A DNA stretch of 64,000 bases from Lewinella sp. (GTDB taxonomy: Bacteria > Bacteroidota > Bacteroidia > Chitinophagales > Saprospiraceae). Shown here in pieces: positions 56,394-64,000 of this stretch. How positions within the stretch are numbered: the first letter of the stretch is position 1; each line of letters begins with the position of its first letter. A program made the translations under genes and the position numbers. The stretch covers positions 13,717 to 77,716 of the forward strand of contig NZ_JBOEFX010000031.1 of the NCBI RefSeq assembly GCF_050633125.1, read 5' to 3'. The notes under the pieces were generated by a model. The model worked only from the letters and a program-made list of their open reading frames with translations. It was not told where the DNA came from and did not search any database.

Positions 56394-59300
56394 ATGAAAA
56401 ACCTGTATGTATTAAGCCGTGCTGCTTGGTGCTTAGTTTTGATGCTCCTGATTTCAGGCTTCGTCGAAGCACAGTCTACCACGCTCTCTGGCAAAAAGCT
56501 CAACACCCGTCATGCCGAGCTCAACGAGAGCTTTGCCGTCTACGAAGTATTTGAGCTGGACATTACAAAAGTACAAGCGCTTACACAAAGTGGTAATGCT
56601 TTTGATTTCTCTTTACAACTGGGCCAGCAAGACTGGGATGTGTATCTGGAACACAACGACCTACGCGGGCCGAATTACCGGGAAGTAGCCATCACTGATG
56701 AAGGCCATGTGCTAATGCCCCCTCGCCCTAATATCACCTTTAAGGGGCGTACGGGTACAGCTGACACCCGCTTTACAATCACAGAAGACTACATGATCGC
56801 TCGCCTTGTAAAAGGCGATAACGTTTATTACTTGGAACCGCTGAGTCGTTTGATTGACGGACTGCCTAAGAATCAGTACGTTTTTTATGAAATAAATGAC
56901 ATCCTGACCGACCCTGCGGTAGAATGTGTACACAATGCCGGTAAGCGGTATGCCGTACCTCACCCCGATGATCCGAAAGGTACTACCGATCCGCTGAGGA
57001 TGATGGCGGAATGTGTGGAAGTTGAAATGGCTACAGCTGGGGATTTTACGATGTTTACCAGGTACGGTTCCGTAATGGACGTTAATGATTTCATCCTCAA
57101 CGTCACCAACCTGATGGAACCGTTGTATGACGATTTTAGCCTTAGTTTTGTGATCGTCGATCAATTTGTAGCGACGACCTTGGCTTCTGACCCTTTCGAT
57201 GCTGCGGGAGATGAAGCTTTCGATATTCTCGATGCTTTCCGGCCGTGGGCAGGAATGAACTTTGTCAACCATGACCTTGGTCAACTTTGGACAGCCAAGG
57301 ACATCCGGGGTTGTAACGATGATGACGACGACGACGACTCCACCAATTTCACACTGATTGGCTGTGCCGATGCTATCGGTGATGTGTGTGGCAGCAACCG
57401 ATATAATGTATGTGAAGACTTTTCGAACTCTTCCAACTGTCTACGAGCCTTGAGTGCTCACGAAATTGGCCACGTATTCGATGGTGTTCACAATCAAGCA
57501 GTTAACACCACTATCATGTGGGGGAACATTGTTTGCGGTGCTACCACCTGGACAGCGAATAATATCACGCGTATTCAAAACCATATTGATTCGCGTGACT
57601 GCCTGGCAGCCTGCGACCCTTGTGACCTGGATGATGATGCTCCAGCCATCACCTGTGGCACTTTTTCCATGGAGTTTGACCGTTGCCCGACCCCATTGGG
57701 CCCAAACACCCCGAATGGCAGCTGGGTAAATGTAGGAGCAGATGGCATGTTCAACGTAGCAGCTGGTGGTAGTTCTATTTTAACGGTTAATCTTAATGGT
57801 TGTGTTACCGACATGACCTCTGATTTTGCCAATATCGACTATATGTTGGTGGACTCCTACCAAACGGGCATCTGCCCAAAATCGATCTTCAACGAATTTG
57901 TACTGCGTGATGAATGTGGTAATGTGAGCACTGACCGGATCGTTACGGAACATATTTTCTCGGAAGACGACGCCCCGATCATCACCACAAATGCCATGAA
58001 CATGACCGTAGAATGTGATGGCAGCGGCAATACCGCCCAACTCAATGCCTGGCTTAACAGTCATGCCGGAGCAATAGCTGATGATTGCACAGCCATCTCT
58101 TGGTCTAACAACTTTACAGCGCTTTCTGATGGCTGTGGAGCCACTGGATCGGCTACCGTTACCTTCACTGCTACTGATGCCTGTGGAAATACAGCAATCA
58201 CTATGGCTACCTTTACTATTGAGGATACGCAAGCTCCGGTGATCACGACCACTCCTGGATCGATTGACGTAGACATAGAATTTGATAATGAAGATGACGT
58301 ATGTCCGGCAGATATAGCTTCTGTTTCCTGTTTCAGCTCGAACCACCCGGAGACTCCGATTTCGGTGTCATTCGTTCTCTTCGGTGGAGATGTGTTAGGA
58401 AATTTCCCTGGCCCTGCGCTAGCAGATATCGATGAGGATTGTGGTTTGGATCGGGTATTTTGTCAAATTGGAACTGTAATTGCTGACGCGTGTGGAATTT
58501 CCGTAGAGATTTTCTGGACGGCGGAGGATGCCTGTGGTAATGAATCTGATCCTTTCTTACAGCTTTTCACCTTCACGGACACGGGCGAACCGGTCTTTGA
58601 TCTGGCTTGCCAGATCGATGCGGTATTCACCACCGAAGACGGTAATGTATGCCCCGCCGATGCGACCATCTCACTGAGCGAAGGCGACGAACTCACCGTA
58701 TTTGACGGTTGGACGGTAGGTGGTATCCCTATTCTTCCCCTCCAGGGCTGTGTAGAAGACAATTGCGCCGACGAAGGCGATCTGACCATCACAGTGGACG
58801 ACATCACTGTTGTGGACGACGGCACCTGTAGCCGCCTCATTACCGTGACGTTCATCGCCGATGATGGCTGTGGCAACTTCTCCGATCCGTTTGTGTGTAA
58901 CTACCTGTTCATCGACGATACTGGCCCGGAAGTGAGTTTCAACGGTATTCCTGACATGGGTACCTCCGTCGTAGAATGTGACCTACCCTCTTCCACATGG
59001 GACCCACTGATTGAAATCGCTGATCTGACCATCACCGATAACTGTTCAGCTATTGACTTTGCAGGAATTACTGTAGAACTCACTCAGCTTTACGATGGCC
59101 CTTGTGTAGGTAATATGCTTACGCGTTGGCGGCAGGTGTTTACGGTGCAGGATGTGTGTGGCAACACGACCGTTTATACCCTCTTTACAGAAATTATCGA
59201 CACGACACCGCCGGTATTTACCTCTTCTCCCGCTGATGTAACCATTGAGTGTGATGAGACGGCGCCACTCCCCGAGCTCGAAGCCTTTGACTCTTGCTCA

Positions 59301-61811
59301 GAAGTGGTCTATGGCTTTACCGAGGTTCGTACGGATGGTGACTGCCCTTACAACTACACCCTCACGCGCACCTGGACAGCCACCGATGGTTGTGGTAATA
59401 GTGACGATGTGGTGCAGGTGGTTACCGTAGAAGACACCACCCCACCTGTCATTGAATTTGTTGACGAATTCGTCAGCAACTACACGCCGGGGCAAGATGT
59501 CTTCATCGAATGCTCTGAATACGGCAATATTTCCTTAATCATAGCTAGTGCAGCAGCAGCTTTTGATAATTGTAGCGGTGCTGTAGCAACGTCTTATGAT
59601 TTAGAAGACTTAGGCGGCTTCGACTGTAGCGAATATGGCTACTCCGGTCACTTGATAAGTACCTGGAAAGCCTTTGACGAATGTGGCAATGGGACCATCG
59701 CTACTATCAACTGGTACCTCGTGGACGAAACGGCACCTGTATTACAGGGAGTACCCGACGATATTTGTGCCAGCACGCTACCGCCTGTGCCCAACGTACA
59801 AGCTGTAGATGATTGTGAATTTGCGGTGCTAAGCTTCAACCAATCGGAGCCTATTGACTGCGAAGGCGGACAATATGTAGAACGGACCTGGACGGCTTCT
59901 GACCTTTGTGGCAACACCACTATCGCTACCCAGCGTATTACTCTCAGTGATTCCGACGGACCGGCCATTTCCTTTGACCATCCCGAAACGGGTCCTGTAA
60001 CTGATGGAAGTGTGATACAGTTCCCCGTTGATTGTGACCAAGCTGACGATGTCCTTTTACTTGCGACGCTAGAGGCTGCGGTAAGTATCGAAGACGGTTG
60101 TAACGCAGGTGAATCTTCCATTGGTCTAGAGCTATTAAGCGAAGGCGACTGCCTCGGCGAAGGTTATGTCCGGCGTTACAGGCTCAGCGTGAGTGCGACC
60201 GATGCCTGTGGCAACAGTTCCTCTTTTGGGTTGTTAATCGACCTGACTGATGAAACACCACCAGTAGTGACCAGCCCTGCTGAAATCGTCCTCAATTGTG
60301 GGGAGAGCATCCCGATGTTGATGGCGACCGATGCTTGTGGCACCATCGCTAGCACGACCTTTGAGGATAGCCAATCTATCATCGCAAGCTGCCCCAATGC
60401 CCCTCAAGCTTTTGAGAGAATCTGGACCGTGACCGATGCTTGTGGTAATGCGACTACATTTGCACAAAGCATCACCATCATCGACAATGAAGGCCCTGTT
60501 TTCAGTGGCGTTCCCGCTGACGCCTGTAACGACACCACACTAGACGATCAGGTGACTGCCTTTGACGAATGTAGCGGCGCTGATGTACAAGTTTCCATGA
60601 TGGAGGATATGAGCAACGAACCCGGTTGTGGACAAGTGCTCACCCGTACCTGGACAGCCACTGATGCTTGTGGGAATATGAGTACGGCTACCCAGCAAGT
60701 CTTCTTTGATGACGAGAATGATCCAGCTATTACCTTCACCCATCCATTGCTCTTTGGGCTGGAAAGTGGTGACGAACTGTTCATCTCCGTAGGAGGTGGC
60801 TTTGGCGATCCTAATAATCCGTTGATTTTCACTTCAGCGGATGTGGAAGTAAGCGACAACTGTGCTAGCAACCTGACCGCTGCAGTCTCTGTAACAAGTA
60901 CTGCTTCGGACGACTGTGCAACAGATGGCTTCCTCACGGAATACCAATATGAGTTTATTGCTACGGACCCTTGTGGCAACACGGCCAAGGCCAGCCTTAC
61001 GGTGTACTACATCGACAAAGGGAGCCCTGACTTCTTCAACGTACCTGCCGACGTGGAGGTCTTCTGTGATGCGGTACCTCCTGTAGCAGAAATTATCGTT
61101 AGTGACGACTACGATGAAGATGTAGAGGTTGTCTTCAGCGAAACCATGACGGCAACGCCGGAGGGTGTGCTCATTACCCGTACCTGGACTGCCACCGACG
61201 ATTGTGGCAACACCAACCAAGCTCAACAGGAGATCCTAGTGGTTGACAATACGCTCAGCGCTGAGTTTGTCGTTGATGGTGACCCTGTCATCTGTAATTC
61301 TGATGACAACTTGCTAGGAGTGATTATCAGCGGAGGCACACCTCCTTACAGCTACGAATGGCAACTGACCTTCCCACTGGAGGATGGTTATATCACTTCT
61401 GACCCCAGCCACTCGCAAATTCTTTACACCATGGGCTTCATTACCCAAACGTTTACGGTAGTTGTAAAGGATGCTAATGGTTGTCTGCTTACCCAGTCGG
61501 TCACTATCGTTTGTGATTACTCTGGCGAAGAGCAATTAACGAACGGTGGCGATGGCCCAACAGCGATGAATATTTACCCGAACCCGGTCAATGAGCGCTT
61601 ACGCGTAAAGGCCGATGGATTGGGCAACCAGCCCGTTGCTGTAGGCATCTACAGCCTATATGGTCAAGTGATGTTCCAGAAAGAACTGAACTACTGGCCA
61701 CAGGAAGGTTACGAGATTGACACTCAAAGGTTACCAAGTGGTACTTACCTTATCAAGTTGGAAACAGAGGGCCTTGATCCTATGATTCAGCAGGTGGTGG
61801 TGCTTCACTAA
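56394..61811 (+). CDS. Giant (1805 aa) T9SS-sorted protein: N-terminal metzincin protease head followed by HYR-like repeats
   Basis: HEIGHVFDGVH zinc motif and a D7 run (NDDDDDDDS). From about aa 730 it is collinear with the C-terminal ~1080 aa of the 49395 product. Tail YPNPVNERLRVKA..GTYLIKLETEG..VVVLH. Confidence 0.8.
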   Translation: MKNLYVLSRAAWCLVLMLLISGFVEAQSTTLSGKKLNTRHAELNESFAVYEVFELDITKVQALTQSGNAFDFSLQLGQQDWDVYLEHNDLRGPNYREVAITDEGHVLMPPRPNITFKGRTGTADTRFTITEDYMIARLVKGDNVYYLEPLSRLIDGLPKNQYVFYEINDILTDPAVECVHNAGKRYAVPHPDDPKGTTDPLRMMAECVEVEMATAGDFTMFTRYGSVMDVNDFILNVTNLMEPLYDDFSLSFVIVDQFVATTLASDPFDAAGDEAFDILDAFRPWAGMNFVNHDLGQLWTAKDIRGCNDDDDDDDSTNFTLIGCADAIGDVCGSNRYNVCEDFSNSSNCLRALSAHEIGHVFDGVHNQAVNTTIMWGNIVCGATTWTANNITRIQNHIDSRDCLAACDPCDLDDDAPAITCGTFSMEFDRCPTPLGPNTPNGSWVNVGADGMFNVAAGGSSILTVNLNGCVTDMTSDFANIDYMLVDSYQTGICPKSIFNEFVLRDECGNVSTDRIVTEHIFSEDDAPIITTNAMNMTVECDGSGNTAQLNAWLNSHAGAIADDCTAISWSNNFTALSDGCGATGSATVTFTATDACGNTAITMATFTIEDTQAPVITTTPGSIDVDIEFDNEDDVCPADIASVSCFSSNHPETPISVSFVLFGGDVLGNFPGPALADIDEDCGLDRVFCQIGTVIADACGISVEIFWTAEDACGNESDPFLQLFTFTDTGEPVFDLACQIDAVFTTEDGNVCPADATISLSEGDELTVFDGWTVGGIPILPLQGCVEDNCADEGDLTITVDDITVVDDGTCSRLITVTFIADDGCGNFSDPFVCNYLFIDDTGPEVSFNGIPDMGTSVVECDLPSSTWDPLIEIADLTITDNCSAIDFAGITVELTQLYDGPCVGNMLTRWRQVFTVQDVCGNTTVYTLFTEIIDTTPPVFTSSPADVTIECDETAPLPELEAFDSCSEVVYGFTEVRTDGDCPYNYTLTRTWTATDGCGNSDDVVQVVTVEDTTPPVIEFVDEFVSNYTPGQDVFIECSEYGNISLIIASAAAAFDNCSGAVATSYDLEDLGGFDCSEYGYSGHLISTWKAFDECGNGTIATINWYLVDETAPVLQGVPDDICASTLPPVPNVQAVDDCEFAVLSFNQSEPIDCEGGQYVERTWTASDLCGNTTIATQRITLSDSDGPAISFDHPETGPVTDGSVIQFPVDCDQADDVLLLATLEAAVSIEDGCNAGESSIGLELLSEGDCLGEGYVRRYRLSVSATDACGNSSSFGLLIDLTDETPPVVTSPAEIVLNCGESIPMLMATDACGTIASTTFEDSQSIIASCPNAPQAFERIWTVTDACGNATTFAQSITIIDNEGPVFSGVPADACNDTTLDDQVTAFDECSGADVQVSMMEDMSNEPGCGQVLTRTWTATDACGNMSTATQQVFFDDENDPAITFTHPLLFGLESGDELFISVGGGFGDPNNPLIFTSADVEVSDNCASNLTAAVSVTSTASDDCATDGFLTEYQYEFIATDPCGNTAKASLTVYYIDKGSPDFFNVPADVEVFCDAVPPVAEIIVSDDYDEDVEVVFSETMTATPEGVLITRTWTATDDCGNTNQAQQEILVVDNTLSAEFVVDGDPVICNSDDNLLGVIISGGTPPYSYEWQLTFPLEDGYITSDPSHSQILYTMGFITQTFTVVVKDANGCLLTQSVTIVCDYSGEEQLTNGGDGPTAMNIYPNPVNERLRVKADGLGNQPVAVGIYSLYGQVMFQKELNYWPQEGYEIDTQRLPSGTYLIKLETEGLDPMIQQVVVLH

Positions 61812-61878
61812 GCGGAGTGCGGAGTGCGGAGTGCGGAGTGCGGAAAATACTTCCGATTTCTGACTTCCCACTTCCGAC
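61812..61878 (+). repeat. (GCGGAGT)x4 heptamer array followed by an inverted 14-mer block CTTCCGATTTCTGACTTCCCACTTCCGAC
   Basis: Heptamers at 61812-61845, directly after the stop. The block at 61850-61878 matches the unit family at 18443-18566. Confidence 0.8.
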
Positions 61879-61910
61879 ATTGGGTGCGACGTGCTTGAAA
61901 TAAATTGAAA

Positions 61911-61947
61911 GCGCCTCGGAACATCACTGTTCCGGGGCGCTTTTTTT
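61911..61947 (+). terminator. Intrinsic terminator of the 56394 gene
   Basis: GCGCCTCGGAAC-atcact-GTTCCGGGGCGC followed by T7. Confidence 0.85.
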
Positions 61948-61950
61948 GTT

Positions 61951-62092
61951 TAGTGCGTAGGCCGGGAGGCCGAAGCCCGGGGCCGGGATTCCGATCTTCT
62001 ATCGAAACAAGCGCAAGTGGATGGCAACGGTATGTGCTCAATGGCTCGGCCATGAACACATAATAGTGAACAGCCCAAGGCATGGCACACAC
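61951..62092 (+). repeat. GC-rich structured repeat, copy C
   Basis: GCGTAG followed by GGCC-GGGA-GGCC. The central hairpin is TATGTG..CACATA, replacing TATGCA..TGCATA of copy B. It shares AGTGAACAGCCC and GGCATGGC with copy B. Confidence 0.75.
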
Positions 62093-62109
62093 AAATGTTA
62101 CTTCTTGTA

Positions 62110-62646
62110 CTAAAACTCCGTTGGCTCTGCCTCTGAGATCACCAAGGGTATGGCATTGCGAATATCCTTTTGATGCTCGATGGGCAAGCTTTCGTAGTGC
62201 TGCTGGTAATAACGTTGGGCGGCTTCCTCCCACAGTTCCTGGTAGGCTCCTTTGAGTTCATTGTAAACCAGCAGGTAGCTTTCAAAGCTGGTGGCCCGAT
62301 CATTGATCAGGGAGAGTACTGCCTTGTTGGAGGCTTCGGCCAGTTTAGTGTTTGCTTGTGGGTTCATAATGAAAGTTTTCACCCGTTCACGAACATCCTC
62401 AAGCGCAATCTCTTCATCGCGTAGCATAAGCTGGTTATTGGCATTGATCGAGATTCGCATCAGGTTGCGCTCCTTGATGGGCACGGGTTCATACGTCATA
62501 TCCCACGGCGGCAATTTTACCAAAATGCCTTTATCTGACATAATGGTGGTGGTAACTAAAAAGAAAATGAGAAGGAGGAAAGCGATGTCGGCCATGCTTC
62601 CAGCATTTACTTCCGGAGCGGCTCGTCTGGCAATGGTTCTTTTCAT
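62110..62646 (-). CDS. exbD: ExbD/TolR-family biopolymer transport protein
   Basis: The N-terminus APEVNAGSMADIAFLLLIFFLVTT is typical of the family. No exbB or tonB is adjacent. Confidence 0.85.
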   Translation of the reverse strand: MKRTIARRAAPEVNAGSMADIAFLLLIFFLVTTTIMSDKGILVKLPPWDMTYEPVPIKERNLMRISINANNQLMLRDEEIALEDVRERVKTFIMNPQANTKLAEASNKAVLSLINDRATSFESYLLVYNELKGAYQELWEEAAQRYYQQHYESLPIEHQKDIRNAIPLVISEAEPTEF

Positions 62647-62773
62647 GACAGGTAAGATTGTGTGAATAATGTAAAATGCTTACCTGGTAGTTTATGTATA
62701 CCTAAAACAGATGACGCCTTTGCTAAAAATGGTGCTTATCTTTGCGTTCGTACATAAAAAATCAGAGAAATAC

Positions 62774-63355
62774 ATGGACGCCAATTTCTTTTTCAAAGCC
62801 CTGCACGTAGTCGGTTTCGTTTCCTGGTTTGCCGGCCTTTTCTATTTGGTACGCATTTTTGTGTACCTGGTGGAAGCCGACGAGCGCGAAGAACCCGCTC
62901 GCGGTATCCTGACCGAACAGTTTCAGGCGATGGCTTGGCGCGTGTATAAAATCATTTGTAATCCGGCCATGATGATCACTTGGACAGCTGGACTTTTGAT
63001 GCTGGGGCTTGATTTGGCCGGCGTGACCTCTTATGCTTACTTTTCAACGGGCACACCGGGGTGGTTGCACCTCAAGTTGCTGCTACTTGTGCTACTTACT
63101 GTCTATCATCTTTATTGCAAAAAGCTGATCATCAGAATGGAAGCCGGAGAGCGGCCGCTTTCCGCTTGGCAGTTTAGGATGTTCAACGAAGTGCCTACCC
63201 TGTTTTTGGTGAGTATCTCTTTTATTGCCGTCTATGGCAAAGTGGGGAGACTCAATTACATTTATTTACTATTAGGAGTGGCCCTTTTTGCCGGGTTGGT
63301 GTACCGAGGTGCTGTTGCTTACCGTAAACGACGTACTTTACCCCCCGAAGAATAA
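62774..63355 (+). CDS. hemJ: Protoporphyrinogen oxidase HemJ (UPF0093 family)
   Basis: FKALHVVGFVSWFAGLFYLVRIFVY and LHLKLLLLVLLTVYHLYC closely resemble cyanobacterial HemJ. I prefer the ATG at 62774. Confidence 0.85.
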   Translation: MDANFFFKALHVVGFVSWFAGLFYLVRIFVYLVEADEREEPARGILTEQFQAMAWRVYKIICNPAMMITWTAGLLMLGLDLAGVTSYAYFSTGTPGWLHLKLLLLVLLTVYHLYCKKLIIRMEAGERPLSAWQFRMFNEVPTLFLVSISFIAVYGKVGRLNYIYLLLGVALFAGLVYRGAVAYRKRRTLPPEE

Positions 63356-63366
63356 ATGCTCTTCCC

Positions 63367-64000
63367 TTAGACTAAAGTATGCGGCTCATCCAGCCCCTTA
63401 AGTTCCTGTGTTTCCGTTTGGTCTTTCAAGGTAAAGACGAAACACGTTCCACCTGTGCCAACAGGTTCAAAATGGATATCGCCCTGGTGCATTTTAACTA
63501 CCTTCCGGCAGATTGAAAGACCAATGCCCATGCCACTGGTTTTCTGCTTATCCAAGCGTTGGAAAGGTGAAAATATTTTTTCCTGAAACTGCTCTTCTAT
63601 GCCAATGCCGTTGTCGGCGAATCTAAACAACCAATGTCCCTTCTCTTCTTTACAAGAAATTTTTATCACAGGATCTTGTGCAGACCTAAATTTTATCCCA
63701 TTGGAGAGTAAGTTTTGAAAAAGCTGTATTAGACCAATCTCATTCCCGTAAATGGTTGGTAAATCATCACTGATGATCGTCACCTGATGATCGGCGATCT
63801 CTGTTTTAAGGTTAGCTTTTACCATCGTTACGACTTTATTCAAATCCGTATCAGCAAAGATGTCGATTTGGTTACTCACTTTTGCATACTCTAATAGTGC
63901 ATCGATAACGCCATTCATCTGTTTGACGCCATTCACAATAAAATCTACAAACTCATTTCCTCTTTCATCGAGTAGTTCCGCATATCGCTTTTTGATTAGT
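63367..64000 (-). CDS. Sensor histidine kinase, C-terminal HATPase_c part (5' end beyond the window)
   Basis: N-box LFQNLLSNGIKF, G1 DNGIGI, G2 GMGIGLSICRK. The frame stays open upstream of the track's start at 63936 through to position 64000. Confidence 0.8.
   Translation of the reverse strand, partial: LIKKRYAELLDERGNEFVDFIVNGVKQMNGVIDALLEYAKVSNQIDIFADTDLNKVVTMVKANLKTEIADHQVTIISDDLPTIYGNEIGLIQLFQNLLSNGIKFRSAQDPVIKISCKEEKGHWLFRFADNGIGIEEQFQEKIFSPFQRLDKQKTSGMGIGLSICRKVVKMHQGDIHFEPVGTGGTCFVFTLKDQTETQELKGLDEPHTLV

Noticed and set aside
49691-61535. Dozens of antisense or out-of-frame ORFs of 60-190 aa inside the two giant genes, with similar ones inside 14942-18442 and 27021-31865.
   Set aside because: These are expected by chance in long, compositionally biased repeat-coding genes. 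They are Ser/Val/Thr-rich, lack starts with upstream context, and are all nested in much longer ORFs with clear domain content.
62110-62646. The orphan exbD, without exbB or tonB, as a sign of a novel system.
   Set aside because: It is a single ordinary ExbD/TolR-type gene, and its partners may lie elsewhere. Nothing else in the neighbourhood supports a novel transport module.

Overview
The window looks like a Bacteroidota-type chromosome. That assignment is an inference from several observations: Por/T9SS-type C-terminal sorting tails on five large secreted proteins, an ArgF'-type acyl-ornithine carbamoyltransferase, an atpBEFHAG operon without atpDC, and BlaI/BlaR1 and LytTR regulators. I call about 42 CDS and one tRNA-Leu(TAG).

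Housekeeping blocks:
- serC
- two tandem POT peptide transporters
- trpS
- dacB
- tig-clpP-clpX
- argB and argF'
- the atp operon
- exbD and hemJ

Accessory content is dominated by giant secreted proteins:
- a 5'-end fragment of an adhesin-like gene at 1..1526 (minus strand), which is missing from the ORF track
- a metzincin protease with a P-domain
- a 1.6k-aa S1 protease with a tandemly duplicated cassette
- two paralogous HYR-type giants of about 2100 and 1800 aa, which share a roughly 3.5 kb segmental duplication that extends into their 3' flanks

The least ordinary material is non-coding. There are several families of intergenic repeats:
- a GC-rich element of about 150 nt (3 copies) in which GTAG precedes a hairpin, with compensatory stem changes between copies
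- a palindromic element of about 115 nt with terminal inverted repeats (2.5 copies)
- heptamer or 14-mer tandem arrays placed directly after stop codons
- long palindromes that abut stop codons

A triple palindromic operator lies between blaI-blaR1 and a divergent lipoprotein gene.

I found no recognisable defence system, CRISPR array, transposase or prophage genes. All homology statements come from motif recognition by eye, not from database searches.
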